NCBI GenBank assembly: GCA_045656285.1
Contig: JAZOQY010000036.1
Span: 1,027 to 65,026 of the forward strand
Length of the DNA: 64,000 bases
From: Kiritimatiellia bacterium
Lineage (GTDB): Bacteria > Verrucomicrobiota > Kiritimatiellia > RFP12 > UBA1067
Direction: 5' to 3'
The position numbers and the translations under genes are program-made. Below, piece after piece: positions 29,015 through 38,684 of this stretch. Below the pieces are notes generated by a model. The model had not been told where the DNA came from. It searched no databases and saw only the letters and a list, made by a program, of their open reading frames with translations. Every line of letters begins with the position of its first letter. Within the stretch, counting starts at the first letter, position 1.

Positions 29015-30100
29015 ATGACGAATGTCGATGCAATCATTGCGGGAGCCGGCATCTGGGGCTCGACTCTCGCCCGTCGTTTTGCGGAGACGGGGCGCAAGGT
29101 TCTTGTCCTGGAGAAGCGGCTTAATGTCGGCGGCAACGTTCGCTGCGAAATCGATCCTGAGACCGGCATAGAGATCCATTCTTACGGCTCTCACATTTTC
29201 CACACTTCCATTCCCGAGGTGTGGGAGTTCATAAATCGATTTGCTGCATTCAACGGCTATCAACACAAGGTTCTCGCCCGCTACAAAGGCAAGACGTATT
29301 TCCTGCCGCTTGGATTGACGCTTGTGAATTCCTTTTTCGGAGTTGAGCTCACCCCTGCAGAATTGCCCGCGTTCATGGCCGACGAGTCCCATTCGGCGGC
29401 CATTTTCGATGCGTTCTTCAGAGGTTACACCTCCAAGCAGTGGGGGAGGGCGCCCGAGGAGGTCGATCCGTCGATCATCAAGCGCGTTCCCGTCAGGTCG
29501 ACCTACGATGTGAATTATTTCAACGACTACTGCCAGGGCATTCCTTTGGACGGATACAATTCCATCTTCGACAGGCTTTTGGATCATCCCGGCATCACCG
29601 TCAAGTGCGGTGCCGGAATCACGCTCGAGAACGGAAGGCTCAAGGTCGGTGCCGACGATCTGCCCGATGTCCCGGTATATTATTCAGGGCCGGTCGACGC
29701 GCTTTTCGATTACAGGCTCGGCGTTCTTCCCTGGCGCACCCTCAAGTTCGAGACAGAGAAGCTCGACATCGCCGATTATCAGGGAACGAGTGTCGTAAAT
29801 TACACGGAAGCCGAAGTCCCGTACACGCGCATTCACGAGTTCAAGCACTACCATCCCGAATTGAAGGATGTGATGACCTCTCCCAAGACAATCATAATGC
29901 GCGAATATTCCGCTGAATGGAAATTGGGCGATGAGCCTTACTATCCGGTCGATACGGCTGAATCGCGTGAACTTCTCGCAGCCTACAAGGCTGAGGCACG
30001 AAAGATTCCCAATCTCGTCCTTGGCGGGCGACTCGGGGCCTACAAATATTTCGACATGGACAAATCGATTGAGAGCGCGCTCAAAATCGAAATTTGCTGA
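29015..30100 (+). CDS. glf: UDP-galactopyranose mutase
   Basis: GAGIWG FAD motif, YGSHIFHT, YTSKQWG, YFND..QGIP, TRIHEFKH, EPYYP, GRLG.YKY.DMD. Confidence 0.95.
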   Translation: MTNVDAIIAGAGIWGSTLARRFAETGRKVLVLEKRLNVGGNVRCEIDPETGIEIHSYGSHIFHTSIPEVWEFINRFAAFNGYQHKVLARYKGKTYFLPLGLTLVNSFFGVELTPAELPAFMADESHSAAIFDAFFRGYTSKQWGRAPEEVDPSIIKRVPVRSTYDVNYFNDYCQGIPLDGYNSIFDRLLDHPGITVKCGAGITLENGRLKVGADDLPDVPVYYSGPVDALFDYRLGVLPWRTLKFETEKLDIADYQGTSVVNYTEAEVPYTRIHEFKHYHPELKDVMTSPKTIIMREYSAEWKLGDEPYYPVDTAESRELLAAYKAEARKIPNLVLGGRLGAYKYFDMDKSIESALKIEIC

Positions 30101-30166
30101 TCTTGGAGAATTTGAATTTTGTTCAGGTCTTAACATAGCGTTTAATCAAAATCAAGGAGCATTGAA

Positions 30167-31666
30167 ATGGAATTATCCAGAAGAACGGCGTTTAAAGGGC
30201 TCTTGGCGGCCGGAGCGCTTTGCAGTTTCGGCATCGGCAATCCCGGCTTCGGGCAGGGTCGCGCAAGGCAGATCGAAAAGGGCGCCAAGCTGCGTGTAGC
30301 TCTCATCGGCTGCGGCATTCAGGGCCGAATGATCATCGATGCCATCCTTCTTGAAAAGCTTGTCGCCATCGTCGATCCCGATCCGAAGCAGCTTGCCCGC
30401 ATGGACAGCGAGGTCAGGGCTCTTCGCAGTCCCGCGGCCACAGAGAACTACAAGGGAGTCAAGAAGTTCTCGACATATCAGGACATGTTCGACGCAGTCG
30501 GCGACGAGCTTGACGCCGTTATCATCGAAACTCCGAACCATCAGCACATTCTGCCCGCCGTCATGGCGATCCGCCGCGGCATCCACGTCTATCTCGACAA
30601 GCCTCTCGTCCTTACCGCGGCCGAGGGCGATCTCCTTCTCGAGGAGACCCGCAAGCAGCCCGGCATCGTGACCCAGTGCGGCACCTACGGACATACGTTC
30701 CCGTCGATGAAGTATTGCATCGACCGCATCAACGAAGGCGCGCTCGGCGAGATCAACGAAGTATGGTGCTACGACGATCGCGTCAATTCCATTTTCTCGC
30801 GTCCCGCGTCGCTGCCTCCTCCGAAGGGACTCGACTGGGATTCATGGTGCGGCGGATCGCCCATCTGCGACTACTACCCCGAGACTCCCGACCAGGACGG
30901 AATGCATCCGCACGGCTGGCACAGCTGGATCGGCTACGGCAACGGCTCCATCGGCAATCTCGGCATGCATATCATGGATGTCGCGTTCTGGGCGCTCGGG
31001 CTTAAGGATCCCGACAGCGTAAAGTGCCATGATGCGAAGTTCGCGCTCGACGGCGCATGGGCGTACCGCGATGTCTTCGAGTTCCATTTCCCGGCGAACG
31101 AGAAGCGCGGCGAAGTCGCGCTCCATTGGTGGGACGGTCTCAACGACGGCGTACCCTACAAGAAGGAGTATCTCAACAAGTTCGGCCTTCCCCACCGCCG
31201 CGAATGGCTCAACATTCCGCCGCGCGTTCTCGAGGAAGAGAAGAAGTGGGGTTTCGAGAAGGATCCTTTCTATTCGAACGGCGTGCTCTTCATCGGCTCG
31301 AAGGCTAACTTGTGGTTCACCCACCACGGCGGATACCGCTTCCTGCCCAACTCCGCCGGCTGGTGCAACCCGCGCATCGACCGCCAGAAGGACTTCAACT
31401 ACCGCCGCAACACGCTGCCGCACGTTCGCGAGTTCTACAACGCCATCCGCGAACGCCGCGAAGCGAACGACAATTTCGAGTACGCGGTTCCTCTCGCCAA
31501 GACCGTCTGTCTCGGCAACATTTCCGCGCTCGCCCACAACAGGCTCGGCATCTCCGAGCTCAAGTGGAACGGCTCACATGTCACCAACAGCGCCGAGGCC
31601 GACAAGTGGGTCGCCAAGGAATACCGCAAGGGATGGGATCCCTTCGAAGGGAGGACTAAACAATGA
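30167..31666 (+). CDS. Tat-exported Gfo/Idh/MocA oxidoreductase
   Basis: SRRTAFK Tat motif; IGCGIQG, TPNHQH, YLDKP, DWDSWCG, G.IGNLG.HIMD. Confidence 0.9.
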   Translation: MELSRRTAFKGLLAAGALCSFGIGNPGFGQGRARQIEKGAKLRVALIGCGIQGRMIIDAILLEKLVAIVDPDPKQLARMDSEVRALRSPAATENYKGVKKFSTYQDMFDAVGDELDAVIIETPNHQHILPAVMAIRRGIHVYLDKPLVLTAAEGDLLLEETRKQPGIVTQCGTYGHTFPSMKYCIDRINEGALGEINEVWCYDDRVNSIFSRPASLPPPKGLDWDSWCGGSPICDYYPETPDQDGMHPHGWHSWIGYGNGSIGNLGMHIMDVAFWALGLKDPDSVKCHDAKFALDGAWAYRDVFEFHFPANEKRGEVALHWWDGLNDGVPYKKEYLNKFGLPHRREWLNIPPRVLEEEKKWGFEKDPFYSNGVLFIGSKANLWFTHHGGYRFLPNSAGWCNPRIDRQKDFNYRRNTLPHVREFYNAIRERREANDNFEYAVPLAKTVCLGNISALAHNRLGISELKWNGSHVTNSAEADKWVAKEYRKGWDPFEGRTKQ

Positions 31667-32847
31667 AGACGATTCTTTATGCGGCGCTCGCCGCGATTCT
31701 CGCAGGATGCGCGACCTGTCCCGAAGCCGTCGAAGGCCCAAAGTGGCAGCCTATCGGCAAGCGCAAGGCAAAGGTCGCACTTTGGGGTATCGTCCACAAC
31801 CATGCGCGCGGCAAGTTCGACGCCTTGCGCAAGCTGAAGGACGATTACGAAATCATCGGCTGGGTTGACGACTCGGATTCGAAGGCTATGCGCATGCAGG
31901 AGCCCAACGTCAAGTCGTATTCCCAGTGGCCAAAGATCGACGGCGAGAAGCTTCTCAATCGAGAAATCGAATGTGACGCCATCGTAGTAGAAGTGTCCAA
32001 CTCCGAGCTCGTCGAGGTTTCGACAAAGATCGCCAAGGCCGGCTATCCGATGCACATGGACAAGCCCCTCGGTGTCGACCAGGAAGGCTACGCCAAGATG
32101 TCCAGAATCTGCGAGGCGCGCGGCATTCCTCTTCAGATAGGCTACATGTTCCGCTCCAACGAAGCGATCAACAAGATGGTCGAAATCGCCAAGAGCGGAA
32201 TTTTGGGCGAGATCTATTCGATAGATGCCGATCTCGACCACAGCTACGGCTACCCGAAGTATCCGAAGTACGCTTCGCACTATCCGGGCGGCACGGCGTA
32301 TCTTCTCGCGTGTCACGCGATCGAATGGGCGATGCCGATATTCGACGACGCGATGCCGCTCAAGACGTATTCGATCATCAAGCCCGCGCCAGGCGATCCC
32401 GAATGGGCCCAGACACATTCCTTGACGATCATGGAATATCCGCGCGCCAATGCCGTTTTCAGAGTCTGCTCTCGCGGCACCCAGCCTTGCCGCCACATCC
32501 GCATCGACGGGACGAACGGTTCGATGGAGCTTGAGCCGATCGAAGACTTCCGCACGGTAAAGCACACGACCGGCCTCAACGAAGACGGGCTTTCCCGCGT
32601 CGACAAGCTCGAGATCAAGATGTTCCTCAAGAAGGTAAACGACAAGGCCAAGGCCGCCGGCTACCGCGAGGGCATAAACCGCCTCACGTTCAAGGTGCCC
32701 ACAGACCGCTACGCCGGGCAGCTCAAGGAGTTCGCCGAGATCATCCGCGGAGAGAAGCCGAATCCTCCCGGGCTTTATCTTCACGACTTGAAGGTTCACA
32801 AGGTCTCGCTCGACGCCTGCAACCTCAAGACCAAGGAAATATGGTGA
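31663..32847 (+). CDS. Gfo/Idh/MocA-family oxidoreductase, lipoprotein
   Basis: Lipobox LAGC; GIVHNHA, HMDKP, QIGYMFR, G.LGEIY, LACH. Confidence 0.82.
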   Translation: MKTILYAALAAILAGCATCPEAVEGPKWQPIGKRKAKVALWGIVHNHARGKFDALRKLKDDYEIIGWVDDSDSKAMRMQEPNVKSYSQWPKIDGEKLLNREIECDAIVVEVSNSELVEVSTKIAKAGYPMHMDKPLGVDQEGYAKMSRICEARGIPLQIGYMFRSNEAINKMVEIAKSGILGEIYSIDADLDHSYGYPKYPKYASHYPGGTAYLLACHAIEWAMPIFDDAMPLKTYSIIKPAPGDPEWAQTHSLTIMEYPRANAVFRVCSRGTQPCRHIRIDGTNGSMELEPIEDFRTVKHTTGLNEDGLSRVDKLEIKMFLKKVNDKAKAAGYREGINRLTFKVPTDRYAGQLKEFAEIIRGEKPNPPGLYLHDLKVHKVSLDACNLKTKEIW

Positions 32848-33623
32848 CAGGAATCATCGCGGCGAGTCTTCTCAGTCCGTTTTTTCTCGAAGTGACGCCC
32901 GAGGTGCGATCGACGTACCAGTCGCTCGGAAAGATCGTCGAAGACCGCCCGATGCAGGTTACGAACATGCGCTTCGGCTACGATACGGGGCGCTTTGGCC
33001 GTTTTGGCGTCCGCAATTGGGACGTAAGCTCCTTTACCGACAGAAGGCATGATGCCCATCGTCATGCCCTCTATCATTTTGAGTTCGGCCCTACGTGGGA
33101 TTTTGATGTCGATCTCGTCGATGATTGGCGGCTTAAGACAGGGCTTACCAGATCGTGGACGATGTATCGCGGATTCCGCAATTCAAAGAGCGACGGGACC
33201 TACCATTGGTGGCAGATCGACCAGTCGCTTGAAAATCCGCATGTCGTTCCGTTCTACCGGTTGAGGAAGTGCTTTCGCGGCAACGATTATTTTTACTTTA
33301 AAGTCGGTTTGAGGCGAAGGTTCGAGTTGTTCGACAATGTGTATTTTACTCCGTCTGTGTTTGCGGAGGGCGGCAGTTCGCGCAATTTCGAACGGGTGAT
33401 CGGCAAAAGATTGGACGGCAGGCGTTGGAACGACAGGATTTCGTCGCTTTCATTGCGTTTGGAGCTTTCGTGGAAATACAGCGAAACAATGTCTTTCTTC
33501 GCTTATGTCGAGCAATATGGAGTTGTCGGCTCCGACGCCCGCAAAACGAATGACGCCAGTGCCTATCGCTGTGCGCACAATGATTGGACGCATGGGGGTG
33601 TTGGAGTAAGGCTCCGTTTTTGA
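32841..33623 (+). CDS. Putative outer-membrane beta-barrel protein
   Basis: Alternating amphipathic strands rich in aromatics; C-terminal GGVGVRLRF beta-signal. The start could also be GTG 32844 (GTGA overlap). Confidence 0.6.
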   Translation: MVTGIIAASLLSPFFLEVTPEVRSTYQSLGKIVEDRPMQVTNMRFGYDTGRFGRFGVRNWDVSSFTDRRHDAHRHALYHFEFGPTWDFDVDLVDDWRLKTGLTRSWTMYRGFRNSKSDGTYHWWQIDQSLENPHVVPFYRLRKCFRGNDYFYFKVGLRRRFELFDNVYFTPSVFAEGGSSRNFERVIGKRLDGRRWNDRISSLSLRLELSWKYSETMSFFAYVEQYGVVGSDARKTNDASAYRCAHNDWTHGGVGVRLRF

Positions 33624-33653
33624 TTTAAAATTTCGCTAGCGCGGCCTAATTTT

Positions 33654-33662
33654 TGGTATAAT
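33654..33662 (+). promoter_or_regulatory. Extended -10 promoter, probably leaderless fhs transcript
   Basis: TGGTATAAT followed by 7 nt and then ATG 33670; no SD. Confidence 0.65.
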
Positions 33663-33669
33663 ATATACT

Positions 33670-35433
33670 ATGAAATTAGACCCTACAAAAATGAAGGATT
33701 GGCAGATTGCCGAAGCCGCCGAGGCTAATCTCCGCAAGGCTTCCGATTTGGCCAAGGAACTCGATTTAAGAGACGACGAATGGATGCCTTACGGCGACGT
33801 TCTTGCCAAGATCGATGTGACGAAAGTCCTCAAGCGCGTCGGAGAAGGGCGCAAGGGCAAGTACATCGACGTTACCGCCATCACCCCGACCGCTCTCGGC
33901 GAGGGCAAGACCACGACGACTCTCGGTCTTGTCCAGGGTCTTGGCCGGTTGGGCAAGAAGGTCATCGGCTGCGTGCGCCAACCTTCAGGGGGGCCTACTT
34001 TCAACATCAAGGGTTCGGCGGCGGGCGGCGGTCTCGCCCAGGTCGTCCCCTTGACTTCGCTTTCGCTCGGCCTTACGGGCGATATCGATGCCATCACCAA
34101 CGCAAACAACCTCGCGATGGTCGCGCTCAACTCGCGCATGCAGCACGAGCGCAACCACGACGACGCATGGCTCGCCGAGCGCGGGCTCAAGCGTCTCGAT
34201 ATCGATCCTGAGCGCATCCAGTTCCGCTGGGCTATGGATTTCTGCGCCCAGGGTTTAAGGAATATCGAGATAGGTCGCGGCGGGAAACTCGACGGCTTTA
34301 CGTGCGAAAGCGGCTTTTACATCACTGTCGCGTCCGAGGTCATGGCGATTCTCGCGATGAGCGCCGATCTCGCCGACTTGAGAAAGCGCCTCTCTAAGAT
34401 CATCGTAGCCTATTCGAAGTCTGGAGCCCCCGTGACGACCGCCGATCTCGAGGTCGACGGTGCGATGTGCGCGCTTTTGGTCAATGCGATAAAACCCACG
34501 ATGATGCAGTCGATCGAGGGACAGCCCATGTTCGTCCATGCCGGTCCCTTCGCCAACATCGCAATCGGACAGAACTCCGTCGTGGCCGATCGCCTTGCGT
34601 GCGCGCTTGGCGATTATGTCATCACAGAATCTGGTTTCGCCAGCGACATGGGCTTCGAGAAGTTCTGGAACATCAAGTGCCGCTGCTCCGGGCTCAAGCC
34701 CGACGCGGTCGTTCTCGTTGCGACCGTTCGCGCGCTCAAGGCCCACGGCGGGGCTCCCCAGGTCAAAGCTGGCCTTCCGCTCGACCCTGTCTACACGAGC
34801 GAGAATCTCGAGCTGCTCGAGAAGGGCTGCGACAATCTTCTCGCCCACATCGACATCATTCGCCGCTCGGGAGTCCAGCCGGTCGTCTGCTTGAACGCGT
34901 TCTATACCGATACCGTGGCCGAGCGCGCTCTTGTCAAGAAGGTCGCCGAATCGGCGGGCGCCAGATTCGCGGTTTCCGACCATTGGCTTAAAGGCGGCGA
35001 AGGTGCGCTCGAGCTCGCCGAAGCCGTCATCGCCGCGTGCGACGAGCCGAACAATTTCGAGTTCCTCTGCGATTTGAGCGAGCCCTTGAAGGACCGCATC
35101 GAAAAGCAGGTCAAGGAGGTCTACGGCGGAGACGGGGTCGACTTCGAGCCTCTCGCGCTTGAAAAGCTTGAAGCATATCAGGCCAATCCCGAAACTGCGC
35201 GACTTCCCGTCTGCATCGCGAAGACCCAGTATTCGCTTTCGCACGATCCGAAGCTTCTCGGCCGTCCGAAGGGCTGGCGCCTGCCGGTCAAGGATATTCT
35301 CGTCTACGCCGGCGCGGGGCTTCTCGTTCCGGTCGCGGGCGAGATAAAGCTCATGCCAGGAACGAGCGCGTCTCCTGCGTACCGCAAGATCGATGTCGAT
35401 GTCGAAACCGGCAAAGTGAAGGGATTGTTCTAA
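33670..35433 (+). CDS. fhs: Formate--tetrahydrofolate ligase
   Basis: TAITPT..GEGKTTTT.GL, RQPS.GPTF.IKG.AAGGG, HAGPFANIA, ATVRALK.HGG, AKTQYS.S. Confidence 0.97.
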   Translation: MKLDPTKMKDWQIAEAAEANLRKASDLAKELDLRDDEWMPYGDVLAKIDVTKVLKRVGEGRKGKYIDVTAITPTALGEGKTTTTLGLVQGLGRLGKKVIGCVRQPSGGPTFNIKGSAAGGGLAQVVPLTSLSLGLTGDIDAITNANNLAMVALNSRMQHERNHDDAWLAERGLKRLDIDPERIQFRWAMDFCAQGLRNIEIGRGGKLDGFTCESGFYITVASEVMAILAMSADLADLRKRLSKIIVAYSKSGAPVTTADLEVDGAMCALLVNAIKPTMMQSIEGQPMFVHAGPFANIAIGQNSVVADRLACALGDYVITESGFASDMGFEKFWNIKCRCSGLKPDAVVLVATVRALKAHGGAPQVKAGLPLDPVYTSENLELLEKGCDNLLAHIDIIRRSGVQPVVCLNAFYTDTVAERALVKKVAESAGARFAVSDHWLKGGEGALELAEAVIAACDEPNNFEFLCDLSEPLKDRIEKQVKEVYGGDGVDFEPLALEKLEAYQANPETARLPVCIAKTQYSLSHDPKLLGRPKGWRLPVKDILVYAGAGLLVPVAGEIKLMPGTSASPAYRKIDVDVETGKVKGLF

Positions 35434-35434
35434 C

Positions 35435-36262
35435 ATGAAACGTCAGATGGTTCTGATCGCGAGTCTTGTAGCCGGTCTTATCGGGGCTCTTGGGGCAAAC
35501 GCATGGATCAGCGGCAAGATCAGTGAGCTTGAAAAGAAAGAAAAGGCCATTAAAGAAAAGTACGGCGAAATGGAGGCTCTCTGTTTTGTCTCTCAGAAGA
35601 TGGCCGGCACGCAGATCAAGGATGCCGATCTCAAGGTCTGCAAAACTCTTCGAGTAGGCAATGTGGGGCTTGTTTATACGCCAGACGAAAAAGATGAGCT
35701 TATCGGGCGTGTTCTCGAAAGAACTCTGGCCGCCAATGAGCCTATCAAAAAAACCGACATTCAAGGGTATACGTTCGACAATTCGCTGGCGAGCAAAATA
35801 GGCGAGGGAAACAGAGCCATATCCATTAATGTTAACGAATCAACTTCCGTTTCGGGAAGGATTCGTCCGGGCGACGAAGTCGATGTGATCGGGACCTTCC
35901 TGCGTCCCAGCGAGAATCCCGCCAACAAGCAGGGCGATCTCGTTACCGTTACGCTTCTTCAGAGAATCGAGGTTCTGGCCGTCGGGAACGAATCTTCCCG
36001 CGCAAGAGGTCCTGGACTTGGCGTGTCGACGTCGTCCGGCTTTACGACAGTCACGTTGCAGGTTACTCCCCGCGAGGCTGAGATGCTTGCAAATGTCGAG
36101 CAGACAAAGGGGCGGATCACGCTTACATTGCGTCACAAAGAGGACGATCATACCGAGAGCGAACTGCCTGTCATAGAATTCAACAAGATCTGCAGCCAGA
36201 TATCCGATCTGAACCGCGAGCGTGTCAAAAAAGAAGAAAACAAGAAACGCTACGACCGTTAA
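35435..36262 (+). CDS. cpaB: Flp/Tad pilus assembly protein CpaB (RcpC)
   Basis: N-terminal TM, SAF-like region, RAISI.V....SVSG.IRPGD.VDVI, LLQ.I.VLAVG, TVTL.VTP.EAE, ITL.LR. Confidence 0.9.
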   Translation: MKRQMVLIASLVAGLIGALGANAWISGKISELEKKEKAIKEKYGEMEALCFVSQKMAGTQIKDADLKVCKTLRVGNVGLVYTPDEKDELIGRVLERTLAANEPIKKTDIQGYTFDNSLASKIGEGNRAISINVNESTSVSGRIRPGDEVDVIGTFLRPSENPANKQGDLVTVTLLQRIEVLAVGNESSRARGPGLGVSTSSGFTTVTLQVTPREAEMLANVEQTKGRITLTLRHKEDDHTESELPVIEFNKICSQISDLNRERVKKEENKKRYDR

Positions 36263-36283
36263 CAATTCCACAAGGCGTCCATC

Positions 36284-37984
36284 ATGCTTTATTTGATCAC
36301 TCTAGTTGACGGTGTCCGCGAAAGGCGGGAGCTTTCAGACGGTTCGTGGATAATCGGCCGCGGCGAAAATTGCCGTGTCCGTTTTCCACATCCTTCCGTA
36401 AGCGAACGCCATGCCATTCTGACTGTGAGGGATGAAAGAGCGATATTAGAAGATCTCAACAGCGCCAACGGCACATACGTTAACGGTGAACAGATTGATT
36501 GCGCCGTCGAACTCAACGGTGAAATGGTCGTCCAGATAGGCGAGGCGATTTTCCGCGTTTCACAAGAATCTGAATATTTCGACGACAGCGGTGAGCAGGA
36601 TGGCTCGTTATCGACCATCCAGGAGACCGAACCGGCCGAAGAGGTCGCCGAGTCTGCTGTTGAGGATCCTTTCCGTGAAGTCAGGCGCAATGTTCAGGAG
36701 CAGATTCAAAACGAACTTCTCAAGCGCATGGACATGAAGCGCCTTACGCTGGACGGCGTAGATCGAGAAGGGCTTGAAGATACGGCGCGATTGAAGATTC
36801 GTCAGATCATCGAAGAAGTTGTATCCAACGGCCGCATGCCGGAAGGGATCGATACGATCCGTCTTGAGGACGATGTCTTCAACGAGGCAATGAGGCTCGG
36901 ACCTCTCGAGGAACTTCTTGCCGATGATACCGTCAGTGAAATCATGGTGAACGGACCGCGCAAAGTTTATGTTGAACGCAAGGGAAAGCTCGTTCTCTCG
37001 GACTGCCAGTTCACCGATGATGCAAGCGTTTTGGCCGTAATCGAACGAATCGTTGCGCCTCTTGGCCGCCGCATCGACGAGTCTCAGCCTTATGTCGACG
37101 CTCGTCTTGCCGACGGCAGCCGTGTTAACGCGATCATTGCGCCCCTCGCGCTTTCGGGGCCTACGATTACAATCCGCAAGTTCTCCAAAAGCGCGCTTAC
37201 TCCCGCTGATTTCATCCGCTTCGGAACGTGGACGCACAACGCGGCGGAGTTTATGAAGCTTTGCGTACGCCTGCGCAAGAATATCATCGTCGCCGGCGGT
37301 ACCGGTTCAGGTAAAACGACTCTCTTGAACCTCCTTTCAGGGTACATCCCGAGCACAGAACGCATTGTCACCGTCGAAGATGCGGCGGAATTGAGGCTTC
37401 AGCAGCCGCATGTCGTCCGTCTTGAGGCCCGTCCGCCGAATATCGAGGGTAAGGGTGCGGTGACGATCCGCGATCTTGTGAAGAACTGTCTGCGTATGCG
37501 CCCTGACCGCATCATCGTCGGCGAATGCCGTTCTGGCGAAGCTCTCGATATGCTTCAGGCGATGAATACGGGTCATGACGGATCTCTTACGACCGTCCAC
37601 GCCAATTCGCCGCGCGATGTCATTTCGCGTCTTGAGACGATGGTCATGATGAGCGGCATGGAATTGCCCTCCAAGGCGATACGCGAACAGATCGCCAGCG
37701 CCGTCGATATCATCATCCACGAATCGCGACTCTCCGACGGCTCGCGCAAAGTTGTCGCCATTACCGAAGTTACAGGGCTTGAAGGCAATCAGATTGTGAT
37801 GCAGGACATTTTTGCGTTCAATCAGACGGGGGTAAGCGAAAACGGCAAGGTGATCGGCGAGTTTAAGCCCACAGGTGCGATTCCTACCTGGCTGGATCAG
37901 CTGTCCGGTCGCGGCATAACTGTCGATACGGGCATGTTCGACCCTTCGGGCAACGAGAACGCAACCATAACATACAAGAACTGA
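36284..37984 (+). CDS. cpaF: FHA domain fused to Flp pilus assembly ATPase CpaF/TadA
   Basis: FHA: [21 protein letters not shown]. ATPase: [52 protein letters not shown]. Confidence 0.93.
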   Translation: MLYLITLVDGVRERRELSDGSWIIGRGENCRVRFPHPSVSERHAILTVRDERAILEDLNSANGTYVNGEQIDCAVELNGEMVVQIGEAIFRVSQESEYFDDSGEQDGSLSTIQETEPAEEVAESAVEDPFREVRRNVQEQIQNELLKRMDMKRLTLDGVDREGLEDTARLKIRQIIEEVVSNGRMPEGIDTIRLEDDVFNEAMRLGPLEELLADDTVSEIMVNGPRKVYVERKGKLVLSDCQFTDDASVLAVIERIVAPLGRRIDESQPYVDARLADGSRVNAIIAPLALSGPTITIRKFSKSALTPADFIRFGTWTHNAAEFMKLCVRLRKNIIVAGGTGSGKTTLLNLLSGYIPSTERIVTVEDAAELRLQQPHVVRLEARPPNIEGKGAVTIRDLVKNCLRMRPDRIIVGECRSGEALDMLQAMNTGHDGSLTTVHANSPRDVISRLETMVMMSGMELPSKAIREQIASAVDIIIHESRLSDGSRKVVAITEVTGLEGNQIVMQDIFAFNQTGVSENGKVIGEFKPTGAIPTWLDQLSGRGITVDTGMFDPSGNENATITYKN

Positions 37985-38000
37985 CAAGGACGGAAAATAT

Positions 38001-38678
38001 ATGTTAGGTTTGTTAGCAGTAATTCTTTTGGCCTTATCTATCACCGGTGTTACCTGGTATCTTCTCTCCGGAATAAAGGTCAAGAGCGGCTGGCAGAATG
38101 GCCAGGGTTTTATCGCCAGATGGCTTGACGAGCGTCGTCGCCAAAAGTTCAACAATCAACTTCCTGAAGCACTCGCTACGATGTCGAATGCGCTTCGTGC
38201 CGGTTTTTCGATATCTCAGGCGTTCGATTCGGTTGTAAATCAGGGCGAAAATCCGATGAGCGAAGAATTCGCCATCCTTCAACAGCAACTCAGGATAGGA
38301 ATGTCGTTTGAAGGCGCACTCAAGTCCATGTCTGACAGGGTAGGCTCCGACGATTTGACGCTGGTGACCACAGCCATTCTCATCAGCCGCAAAACAGGCG
38401 GCAATGTAACGGAAATCTTCGATAAGATTTCCGAGACGATTAGGGGGCGCATGAAAATAGAGCGCAAGGTCAAAACGCTCACCGCTCAAGGCCGCATGCA
38501 GGGCATTCTTGTTTCGGCAATGCCTTTTTTGCTCGCTGTCGCCATGATCATATTGAAGCCTCAGATGATGCTGCCGTTTTTATGCAGTTTCATTGGAGTG
38601 ATTTCTTGTGTTGTCGTTTTTTTGCTAATTATTGCCGGTTGGCTGATTATAAGAAAAATCACTAAAATCGACGTTTGA
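38001..38678 (+). CDS. tadB: Tad pilus inner-membrane platform protein TadB (T2SS F family)
   Basis: F..QLPEAL..MSNALRAG.S, P..EEF, TGGN..EI, R.VK.LTAQGR, C-terminal KI..IDV. Confidence 0.88.
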   Translation: MLGLLAVILLALSITGVTWYLLSGIKVKSGWQNGQGFIARWLDERRRQKFNNQLPEALATMSNALRAGFSISQAFDSVVNQGENPMSEEFAILQQQLRIGMSFEGALKSMSDRVGSDDLTLVTTAILISRKTGGNVTEIFDKISETIRGRMKIERKVKTLTAQGRMQGILVSAMPFLLAVAMIILKPQMMLPFLCSFIGVISCVVVFLLIIAGWLIIRKITKIDV

Positions 38679-38684
38679 TGTAAA

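Noticed and set aside
26077-33623. Possible genomic island integrated at tRNA-Val
   Set aside because: No integrase, and I found no duplicated tRNA 3' end downstream. The gene content is metabolic.
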